Part shown: piece by piece, positions 12,471-22,770 of the stretch
Position numbering within the stretch: position 1 is the stretch's first letter
How the letters are laid out: the number at the start of each line of letters is the position of its first letter
NCBI GenBank assembly: GCA_965655095.1
Contig: OZ296648.1
Coordinates: 100,440,001 to 100,504,000 of the forward strand
Reading direction: 5' to 3'
Source of the DNA: Haplodiscus bocki
Taxonomy: Eukaryota
Length of the DNA: 64,000 nucleotides
The notes under the pieces: generated by a model
Told to the model about the DNA's origin: nothing
Database searches by the model: none
Seen by the model: only the letters and a program-made list of their open reading frames with translations
Made by a program: the position numbers and the translations under genes

Positions 12471-13899
12471 GGGTATCAAATTTTTAATAGAGTTAACATT
12501 GGGCGAGATACAACTGGAACTGATGAATTTTTTGATGATTTTTCAAGTGTAATAGAAAAGAAATCAACGACTGTTACTGATACCTTAATAGAAGATTAAG
12601 GCTTTTTTCCGAAACGTGGCTCAAATTTCTGCATAATCAGCCTGAAAAAAATAGCTGTAAATGTAAAGAAAAATCATTGAAAACATTAGGAAAAACCACC
12701 AAAGGTGGTAGTGTAGCAGTAACAAGAACCTTAAAGCAGCTTAATCTGGTATCTCTGAAGTAACAAACAAAAATCATACTAATGAAAGGAAAAATCTTGG
12801 AAAGTTTGTACAACAGTTTTTGACTTCTGAGGAATTGCTTCCTGCTACAAACTATAACCGACGGCAACTTCACAAAAACTATCAAAAGTATTTTTAGGTG
12901 ACCTTTATCTTCATGGTAAATTCTACCCAACATGAATCCATTTATTTTATTAAAAACGAAAATATCTACTTAGTTAAATCTCAGTGACGGAAACACCAAT
13001 TATGCTACAAAAAAGAACTATTAATGCTTTCGGAGATACATAAAAAGTGCTATGATATATCAGTCTGCACCTTTACAAGTTTTCATATATCGAACAAGGG
13101 TTATACTAAAATTTGGATGAATTCAATATTTAGCAACTCAATTAATACTATTATGAATTGTATTACTCATTTTGAAGACTAAAACAAAAATCGGAAGAAA
13201 AATTGATAACTTGAAGTTTTTTCCTGAAATACAAACTGCGTAGATACATTCGGTAAAATTGTAAGGACATCAATTTGTATTACTTTAACTTTTACGGGAC
13301 CTGGGTAGAGGGCTTGTGTAAGTAGCAAGACCAATAACATCAAGTGTTGCGTGTTGGTTATCATTTAGGAGTAAATTAGAATATTCAAGTGTTTTGTACG
13401 AGTATGAAAAACAAGAAACAATCAGTTTGCCAGAGCACAAAAAATTAGTAACTCTTCCGAGAAATTGTTAAGAAACTGCTGACAACTATTGTTTACATTG
13501 AAATGATTTTGTAAGTGACAGAAACGATTACGGATTTTTCTTTACTTTTTCCAGAAATTATACGCTACAATACTAAGAACAGATTTTCCTATGCAAAAAA
13601 GTGTCGTGGAGAAAGACACTTTAGTTAGGACATTTTAATTTGGAATTTCAACAAAAAGAGATATCCACAGGAAACGTTTTTCCGAACTTACTTCGTTGAT
13701 TCACATTCGCACCGCAAATTTTTCATACCTTTTTTTCCAGATTTTTTCACGGAACGATTCTTACTATTCCCAAAAGTTTTTCTTTTTTCAAACATGCAAT
13801 TAGTAATTTATGCGGGACGTAACAACAATCCAGAACTTGAGATTTTTTCAGGAAATTGTAAGAATAGTGTGTTGCTGAGAAAAACACATAATTATCTGT

Positions 13900-14434
13900 T
13901 TCTGGGAACTGGATTTAAAAAGAAGTGACTAAAGACCTTTGAGAAAAACTGTTCTCAAATAAAATTTAGAACGGTACTCATGGTCTTTTTTTGCAATAAA
14001 ACTTCACTTTGAAAATTGGCAAAAATATAAAATGTCAAAGGTGAGGACTTTTTTAAAATTGCTATAACTCCTCAACACTTTTCAGAGTTTGCAAAAAAGC
14101 AAATATTGTGGAGTTAAAAGATATTGTGGAATTAAAAGATATTGAAGGTGGATTTGTGGTTTTTGATGATATGTTAGACTATATCCGAATAGCAAAACAG
14201 TTGTACAACATTTCAATTTAATCCAACACGAAAAGATGTTGAGAAAATCAAAAGTCATCGCATGTTTTGATATGAGCAAAAGTGAACTCAAGAATCTTGT
14301 AGAAGGAGGACGAAAGAAAAAGAAAAAAAACTTTTTATGATGGATCTAAAACAGAAAATGGATCAGAGTATCGTGTTTGTATTGAATGTGAGTTATATTT
14401 TACTGGTTGGAGACGGAAAAATTGTCCATTTTAA
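13900..14434 (+). pseudogene. Polinton packaging ATPase (A32/FtsK-like) relic with internal deletion
   Basis: 'RTVLMVFFCNKTSL' (degenerate Walker A), 'GFVVFDDML' (Walker B, ~14150-14176), 'IACFDMSKSELKNL' and C-terminal 'DGSKTENGSEYRVCIECE...CPF*'. Confidence 0.72.
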
Positions 14435-14449
14435 AAAAAGGTGATGATG

Positions 14450-15040
14450 AAATGTTCCATTAAAAAAGAAGAATGTCTTGATGTTTCAGAAAACTGGATT
14501 GCTGAAGTTATAAGTCAATGATGTTCGTCGACATCAAAAATCAGTTACAGAGAAGTCTCTATATGCCGCTCAGAACTTTAAATTACTAGTTACTGAAACC
14601 ATGAATGTTTCAATGAAAATTACTTGATGAGACTTGCCTGACAAACATAGGAATTGAGTGAGTAATCTAAAGGTTGTTGAAATATGAAGCAGAAAAAAAG
14701 GAATGATGAAAAAACTGAGACACCAATGCGTATGAAAAGTTGTAAGAAATTGCAGCATCCGTTCTTATGCCAAAAGCATTACTCTTATCTTCTAAAACTA
14801 CAAATCATATTCGCTTCGAATGAAAGCTAGATGCACCTGCCTCAAAAAAATGTATTTCAAAGAAACGAAAAGACAAAACCCAAAAAAATAATTATTGGAA
14901 AAGCAGAAGGTTTTTCAACGGAGAATTATCTCCGTGATCCGAAGACTACAAAAAAGTTTTTATAACTAAGGATTCTCCGGATAAAAAGCTAGAATGTTTT
15001 CAAAATTTTTTAGTGTTAGTCTTGAAAAAAGATGCATAAT
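14450..15040 (+). pseudogene. Relic of a Polinton gene of unknown function downstream of the ATPase
   Basis: Pieces 'SIKKEE..', 'VNDVRRHQK..LVTET' and 'AEGFSTENYLRDP' resemble a small ORF I recall following the ATPase in Polintons. Disrupted; recall-based only. Confidence 0.35.
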
Positions 15041-15116
15041 GAGTGAGACATAAAGTTGTTTAGACTTATAGTTTTAACCCTCGTGGTTATCACTTTGTAC
15101 TTTTCAAAGTAGAAAC

Positions 15117-15285
15117 GGTGATTGCGTGTTTAGTTTGCAAAAAAAAGCTGTCGGAAAAAACTGATGGAAACATCGTCTTTGGTGATACTGATGATGCAGT
15201 TTGCAGTTGTTCCAGATATTTTTTTCGGTTTATGGTATACAAAAACTTTTTCTTTGGAAAAACCAGATGAACTTGCGACAGGTTA
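15117..15285 (+). repeat. Ectopic ~170-bp copy of the Gypsy PBS/leader region (matches 20443-20612)
   Basis: Direct repeat GGTGA(T/A)TGCGTGTTT..GATGGAAACATC.TCTTTGGTGATACTGATGATGCAG..GTTCCAGATATTTTTTTCGGTTTATGG..GAAAAACCAGATGAACT.G.GACAGGTTA. Confidence 0.85.
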
Positions 15286-15339
15286 GGTATAAAAAAATAT
15301 GAGAAAAAAATATGAAAACGATAGTAAACCAGAGCAGTT

Positions 15340-16330
15340 GGTCTAGTTTCAAATTTAGTTCTGGTTAAGTTTTATCATGCAACCAATGTAAAACCGGGCA
15401 TAGATACAATATAAAAGGGTATAATATCATAATTTTACACCACAAATACCTAAAACATTCAAAAAAATCAACCAATATTTAGAACGTCGGAGTTCTTAAA
15501 GTGCTAAGATATATCCATTGCCTTTTCATGATTGAAAGCAACATAAATCTTCTTTGTTCTATTTATCGCTTTGAGGTTTACTATTTTTTTTATAAAGTAC
15601 CTACCTTTAAGACTGTAAATGGGTTCTGGTAGTAATTAATTGATTTGAAATTTTCAAAAATATGAGTTAAATTTTTTGTAAATAAACTACAGTATCTTTA
15701 CTAGAAGTCTTAGGTAATTTTTACTATCTCAATTTTGAAAAAGGCTGCCTTGTTTGAATTTGATACTGGTTTTTTCCTACCTCAAGATTAATTTTTTTAT
15801 TCACATCGTTGTAGTGTTTTTTCTACTATGTCAATGTATGTTTCAGTGGTTTTTTTACATTCCTTTGATTTGACTTTTTTTCCTGTGTTTCGCTGTTTTG
15901 AAATTCTTCATGGTTAATTTTTTTAGTAGGTAGTGATACTTTACTTTATTAAATTGAAAGAATGCTCAAATTGTAACCAACCACATTCAAAAAAGATGTA
16001 GGTTCCACTAATTAGTGGAAAAACAAATAAATTTACGTGTGGACCTTTTCTCATAATTATTGTCTTAAAGAGCAATTGAGAGTCACAATTACTAAAATTG
16101 TGAAAGAATACTGTTACAAGTTCCGATACTTTTTTCTTAACTTTTAAACTAAATGGAAAACGGGCTCCTCTATGTTTACCAGTTGAATGGCGGTGAGCTC
16201 TAACTTTTTCATTTACGGCTGCTTTTTGACTTAATCAACATTCTTTTGGCTCCTTACATTTTTTCCGAGAGGTTTGGTTGAAACATTTCTCTGTTATTCT
16301 CAGTGAAATGTCTATACATTTGATTTTTGT
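15340..16330 (-). pseudogene. Polinton protein-primed DNA polymerase B relic (EndoVII-like and exonuclease region); C-terminal polymerase part missing
   Basis: Open frame 16222->15944: 'EKVRAHRHSTGKHRGA...VTVFFHNFSNCDSQLLFK...GTYIFFECGWLQFEHSFNLI' (pattern DHCHLTGKYRG / HNxSxYD / IxFxDSxxF). Downstream 'FKSINYYQNP', 'NSDVL', 'FFECFR' and 'YIVSMPGFT'. Confidence 0.82.
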
Positions 16331-16819
16331 TTTCTATTCTGTCTTCAGCAAATTAAACATTAGCAACTTGTTCAAAATAACTTTCGTATGAGGTGGAGTT
16401 ACGTCTTCTTCATCTGTTTTCTGTTTCAATTCCCACAAAAAAGCGGAACTTGGTGATAATTTTTTTCTGTCGTTTTACGGTTTTAGTCGCCTCAAGTAGA
16501 GGCAAATTAACCATTTACGTTGACAGACTTGGCATTTTTGTGAGAAAGGTTACAACTTTTAGAAAACTTTCCCATTATCATGTTCATGAAACATAATTCA
16601 TCAGCTAGACACGAGTTATGATAAGTTCTGAAAATTTCTTAGAAGTTATGCAAAAGAAGAAATTCTGCATTTTTATGGTTTGTTACCAGACCTTCAAAAG
16701 ATTGTGCGGCCTTTGATTGAATAAAATGAGTCTTCCATGGGAACAAGCTTGTCACAGTTGAAAACTTGTTGTGTGCTTTGTGGCAAAAAATTGTATTTCT
16801 TCATTTTGCGTGGTAGGTC

Positions 16820-16919
16820 TTTTCTGAGAAATGCGGCTTGTTCGTTTTCTGAAAAATACGGCTTGTACGTTTTCTGAGAAATACGGCTTGTACGTTTTCT
16901 GAGAAATACGGCTTGTACG
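16820..16919 (+). repeat. Minisatellite, 25 bp x 4 (TTTTCTGAGAAATACGGCTTGTACG)
   Basis: Four consecutive near-perfect units starting at 16820, 16845, 16870 and 16895. Confidence 0.95.
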
Positions 16920-18196
16920 GTGTATTGGGTGTGGTGTGGGCTGGTGCGGCCGCCGCGGCTGGCGTCATATGCTTGTTTGTATACTACTGCGGTGAGAGCC
17001 AAGTTTTCAGTATGGGTTTCATGAAAGCTATTGAGGTGTGGGTTTTTTCCTACTCCTGACCAAATGATCGAAAGTAGAATCAATTTTTGCTTTAGAAGAG
17101 GCCCTGCCCTTGCGTGCCAATTGTTTGAATGGTTAGTGGACCCGGCGCCCAGTAGGTTTTGTGTGAACAATCATTGTTTTCGATTACTCTGTAAATATGA
17201 CGCATTTAATATAGCCGACGGCGCCAGGTATAGATAGATACGGAAGCAGGTAAAAATTTCCGCAAAAAAAATTATAGCATAGTCAAAGATCTTGAAAGAA
17301 CTATATTCATGGCGTTTTTTTTTGACAATTTGAAACCTAAATTCTTTTTGACCTCATTATTGCGTTTATATTGGTTTTCTTCGTAATTGGTTGATGATAA
17401 CATAGATATAAGCATGTTCCTATCACACAATGCGTTTGCTTAACTGAAAAATCTTGGCTTGACAATGTAACTTTATTGAACCGAAATACCAAAATTTTCG
17501 ATCTTTTTCTAATCGTTTCTCAGTTTGTGACAGATGAGTTAGCCTGCATCCTGCAGCTTGCTTGTGTTATAAACTCTGATGGCAGCTGTTTATGCATGCA
17601 TTTTACCAATAAGTCTTCATCAGTTTCGCATGTAAACTTACATGTGAAATAACTGCCACTTCATGCAAATTTACCTGTGATGATTGCAAACAATTCGCAT
17701 GCATTCCTCCCGAAAATTTTGCGCGCCGGCGCTTTCAAATTTACCTGTTTGTAAAGGTATAATGCATCAAGCTCAAGTAAAACGCGTGTGGAAATCCAAT
17801 ACATGCAGTCCGTGAGTGAAGTTACTTGTGTTCGCAAGTATTTTTGCCCGAGCCAATTCTACAGTTGAGAGTTAACATTGAAGTTATTAATCATCATTGT
17901 CCAGTCATTCAATACCTACTAACCCCGAGATTTTGAGATCGGGAATTACTTTAATATTTCTCCGAATTTTTCCGGAACAAAAAGTATTTTCTGGCGAATT
18001 GTTGACAGATGTAGCCAAAAAGATTGATTCCAATACGTAATCAGGAAATATGTTCTGGATCACCAAGCCGATTTCAAAGCGGTCAACAAATAGTCCGAAC
18101 GTCCATAAGGCCAGAACAGCTGTTGAAAAGTTTTTCTGTCAACAGACAAGGAGAAAATGAAATTGAGGCAGGCGTACAGAAAAATACGGCTGGTAA

Positions 18197-18396
18197 NNNN
18201 NNNNNNNNNNNNNNNNNNNNNNNNNNNNNNNNNNNNNNNNNNNNNNNNNNNNNNNNNNNNNNNNNNNNNNNNNNNNNNNNNNNNNNNNNNNNNNNNNNNN
18301 NNNNNNNNNNNNNNNNNNNNNNNNNNNNNNNNNNNNNNNNNNNNNNNNNNNNNNNNNNNNNNNNNNNNNNNNNNNNNNNNNNNNNNNNNNNNNNNN
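18197..18396. other. Assembly gap (200 N)
   Basis: Run of exactly 200 N, typical of a fixed-size scaffolding gap. Confidence 1.
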
Positions 18397-18419
18397 GGTT
18401 TTGTTTTCTTTCTCATAAA

Positions 18420-19300
18420 TCTTTATTTTGAATAAGTTGTTTACTTCTTCCTTTATTTCAAATTATTCAGGTTTTGATTCTTCTTCAAATGTAGTTCTCT
18501 TGTAGTTATTTGTCATAACGTTTTAAATCCTAGATATAAATCCTTCGAATGGAATAAAGATAATCATTAAATTCAATATTTAAAGCATTTTGTTACTTTA
18601 ATTTTGGTTTGTTCCTCGTTACGTTTTTCTTTTCCAAAGGGTAACTTTCGTTTCTCTAAAACCAGAAAATCCCAAACTAATCCACGATGCTCTGATTTTC
18701 CATGATTTTTTTGTATCTGTCGTCGAATGTCAAATTATTTGTTTTCATTCTTTGCAACTGATCTACTAAACTGAAACCTATCTTCCTCGTAAACGCTCTC
18801 AAACTAAACATTCAAAAAACAAATATGTTTTGTTGAATGAATAGATCTGTCTATCCCGTACAAACATTCTTAAGATTGTTTTTGATATCTTATCTTGAAA
18901 GTGAACACCATAAACCTTTTTTGAATAAAGCTAAATTCGGTTTAGTGTAATTCATTTTATTATCTGGTACAGAGAGATTGTAATGTCTTTCAAACAAAAC
19001 TGTTGAAAACGGAAGTGGACTTTTACTGACTTTTCCTCAAAATTCCCAAAATGTGATTCAGGTTGTTCATGTGTAGTTTTTGACTGCTCAATGTATGTTT
19101 TCCAACTGGTACATATTTTTTTCAAGAAGTACGTACCTCTGTTTTTTATGTTTCTTTGTTTTAATTGTATTGGTTATAGTTTTGTTTTCTTAGTAACTGT
19201 CATTTTACAGAACATACATGTTGTTTTTTCTTCATTTTTTACAACAAAAAATATGTTCGTTCGTTTTCTTTTTGTTTTGGAAACTCAATTTTTATGAACC
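18420..19300 (-). pseudogene. Probable N-terminal part of the Polinton pPolB ORF
   Basis: Minus-strand 'ALNIEFNDYLYS' resembles the NI-x-N-x-D-x-x-CFLWS motif that precedes EndoVII in Polinton pPolB. Same strand as, and upstream of, 16330-15340. Confidence 0.4.
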
Positions 19301-20104
19301 TAAGGAACGAGAAAAACCATCCTATCGTCATTAGTGTCATATCTCAAAAAAAAGGCTGGTTTAGTTGAAATTAATTTATTGTATTCATCATCCCAAGCAT
19401 CATCAACAATTCTCTTTTTATCGACACTGTTATCAACCTCATGGTCTTCGCTAACAACCTCGTCATCCTCACTGCTGACCTCAAATGTAATTTTCGAAGG
19501 AAAAACAACTAACCGTGCGCGTCTCCACCCTTTTGATTTCCACTTTCAATCTTCTGTTTTCCTTCAGTCTCTGTACTGTTTAATTTCTTCAGTTTTTTCA
19601 GTTTTTCTCTATTTCTCTTTTCCTGAAAACAAACACTCGTTTCATTTTCTTTTTTGATATTGTATGAATAATAGGTAAATCATTCAAGGATGATTGGTTC
19701 TTCATGTTTTTTTTTCAAACAAACTCTTCAAATTTCACAACAATATTTTTTGAGGAGTTTTTATTGTTTTCTATTGCAACACAATTTTTGAAGTTTTCAT
19801 GTTTCTGCAATTGTTTTATACAACAACACCTTACATCACTATTCAGTCTTTTAGCGGGGATTTCCACTAATTTAGAATGACCAATGTCACTAATTTCTCT
19901 GAAGTCAGGAAGTGTTGTAAATTAATTGAAATCATCCTTTTTTCAATGTGAAGTTAAACTTTTCTGGCCATAATACATTGTTTTTTTAACATGTCCCTCA
20001 TAAGAAACACAAAAAACATCTTCTGTTCTTCAAGAAATATTTTTCAAAATGTTTTCCAGGCTTTTCAGAAATTTCCATGTCTATTACGTTAACATCAAAT
20101 GTAC

Positions 20105-20440
20105 TGTCATGTACTGAAACATTGCTCTAATTGAAGACAGATGAAGATCAAAATTAAATTTTGATATTTTTCACTTTTTAAATAAAATTTTGAACCTCAA
20201 ATCAATTCAACATTTCAAACTATCTTAATGTTTTGTTCACAAGGTTTATTCAATATTGATCGGAGCTAATCTTGACATCAACAGCTCAGAAAAGTAACAA
20301 CTGAATTATTGAAACAGTTTTCTGAGCTAACCAAAAGATATTGTGGTCAATGCATCCAAATTCGTGTCCAGTCGCCAAGAAACTGCTTTGTGCAATAAAG
20401 AACAAAGTCATTTGTCAAGACCTGAAGTGAGGATGTAAAA
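20105..20440 (+). repeat. 5' LTR of the Gypsy element
   Basis: TGTCATGTACTG...AATAAA...AAGACCTGAAGTGAGGATGTAAAA; alignable to 32057-32280 plus 35609-35726. Confidence 0.82.
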
Positions 20441-21439
20441 TTGGTGAATGCGTGTTTGGTTTGCAAAAAAAGTTGTTGAAAAAAATAGTGATGGAAACAT
20501 CCTCTTTGGTGATACTGATGATGCAGTGTGCAGTTGTTCCAGATATTTTTTTTCGGTTTATGGTTTGCAAAATTTTTCCTTTAGAAAAACCAGATGAACT
20601 CGTGACAGGTTATTCAGCTTAGTTTTTTAACATTCTTTTCAATAAAGTTCTTTTGATGTTCAGTTTTGGACTCAAAGAGGACACGGCATTGTGACTTTAA
20701 CTTTCTTCCAAATATTCGATGTGATGTTCCAATGTAGTCACGAAAGTTCAGATGTGTTGGTGTGTCAAAAATTGAATTTGTTGTAGTAAATTTTGTGATG
20801 TTCTGAACGCTTCATTTCGTTCAACTGCTTTCATTTAGCTTGAATCGCCTTTTTCTCTCAACTTTTCGCTTTCAACATTGTTTTTCTTTACAACATTTAA
20901 ACTTCCAACACTGTTTCTAGCAGTTCTTTTTCGGCAAGTTTCTGATTTTTGATTTTATTTTTACAAAAACCGATTTCGAACTAACTCTGCAGTTTTGATG
21001 TACTTTTTCTGTTTGATTGGGTGGCAGTGTAGTTGTCATCTTCGTTTTTTCTTCATCTGTTGTCTTTCGGCGGTTTTTACACTAAAAATTGATTGAAAAT
21101 TTCTTCAAAGCATTTTCCGCAGCAAAATTTTCTGCTTTTTTTCGGGAAAGTTCTTTTCGAAAAGTTAAAAATTTGTTTCAGAATGCATTTTCCTTCAACG
21201 ATACTTCTCTTTCGAACATTTTCCAGATTTCGTTTTCTTTTATCATTTCTAACCTAAACTAACCTAAGCTTCAATCGGTATAACTAAACCTATTCTTCAA
21301 TATAGATCAAATTTTATGGCTCAACCTCAACTTATTCTGGTCGATCGTATTCGGGCTCAAAATAAACTTCCGTAAAATTTAACAACTCTTCCAAATATTT
21401 TGGCGGTAGCTGCGGTTCCAGCGAATCAGCAAGCCAACT

Positions 21440-22770
21440 TCTTACAATTGCGTCTTTGAGATGCTGCCCTAAATTTTTCTCAAACTTTGCATCTGGCAAC
21501 ACGTCAAAATTTAGAAGTTTCAATAACAGCTTTCGGGCCGGTTTTGGTAATCCTCAATTACATGAATTGCATGTCCTTAAACTCAAAAAATGTGTTTCGA
21601 TTTAAAATTAGACGCGCCTGAGAATTTTTCAGTCATGTTACAAACAAAAGAAACGAAAGTTTATCCGGATCTAGATCCTCTGGCGGTTGCAACAAGTGAT
21701 GCATATGCAGTAGATGCGGCTGCTGAAAAAACTCCGTTTCATCAAGATAGAACGCGTCGCGCAGAAATAGGACGTTCTGCTCTGAGGCACGTTCAGTTGA
21801 AGTTGGGCGTTATTTTATCAAAAATGTAACCATATGTCTACGTGCAAAGCTGCTCGAGCAACTTGGAAATACTACAGTTGAAGAGTTATGTATCTTTGCA
21901 CGAAAACTGTTCTCAATTCATATTCTCTGTATAACAGATGACTCAGTGGTGGACGCGTTTCGTGAAAAAACTCTATCAGTAACAGGTACACTTGTTACTG
22001 CCCCAACAAAACTGAGTACAATTCACAAAGCAATGCATAAAAAACTAAATGAAAAGTCGAAAAAAATTCAAACACTATCTCAACGAATCATTTTAACGAT
22101 TTTGAGAAAAATTGAACAGAACAGCCCCTAAGGAGCTCTTTTTCGCAAAACCGTTGTCAAAGCCCAAATTCTTCAGGATGTAATATTCAGAAAACCTTTG
22201 AAAGCTGCTTCAGTGGTACCAAATTGTGATTCAGAGGAGCTCGGTTGAAAAACCAACGACCTCAATGGCACAAAAAGTATCAAAGTTTATTTACGTCACG
22301 ACAACAGTCACATCAAATTTTTCCAACGAGAGTTTCAAAATCGTCTTTTCCAGCCACAATCTTTTAGTTTTCCACCTCAGCATCAAAACTTTTGGAGTCA
22401 AAATTTTTGAGAATCAAAACTCATGGCGTTACAAATCAAATTTCCAAACGAAATCATCATTTGAAGTCTTTACTCCAGAAACTGATTACCTGTATTATAC
22501 ACAACAAACTCAAAATTCCTGTCATAAATGAGGTTAACCTAATCACTTACTGACAATCCGTACAGTTCGAGGAAATCATCGGCGTCGCGGAGCACAAATT
22601 CAGATCTTCACTCCAGATTTTAATTACGTGACTTGTACACAGCAAACTCAAATTATCAATCGTGAATGTCGTTATAATAACCACTTAGCGACAAATTGTA
22701 CAGTTCAGAGGAATTGTCCGCTTTGCGGAGATTAGAGCCGGTTTAATGAGAATTCATATGATTAAGTATG
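21440..22770 (+). pseudogene. Gypsy gag relic
   Basis: 'FGNPQLHELHVLKLK..FDLKLDAPENF', 'TVEELCIFARK', an Asn/Gln-rich stretch and degenerate CCHC knuckle(s) 'CHK*G*PNHL' (~22520-22550) and '..NNHLATNC'. Confidence 0.6.

Larger units (their letters stand above)
9900..20100. mobile_element. Decayed Polinton/Maverick (adintovirus-like) endogenous DNA virus
   Basis: Very AT-rich block with relics of an adenain-type protease, a probable major capsid and an A32/FtsK-type packaging ATPase (all +), plus protein-primed PolB (-). Termini/TIRs not identified; boundaries approximate. Confidence 0.75.

Noticed and set aside
13200-13380. Second protease-like motif (NLYYFNFYG...ITSSVACW)
   Set aside because: Much weaker than the 10.8-11.2 kb match, with no catalytic His context.
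18024-18435. ORFs spanning 18.0-18.4 kb
   Set aside because: Artefacts of translating through the 200-N gap.
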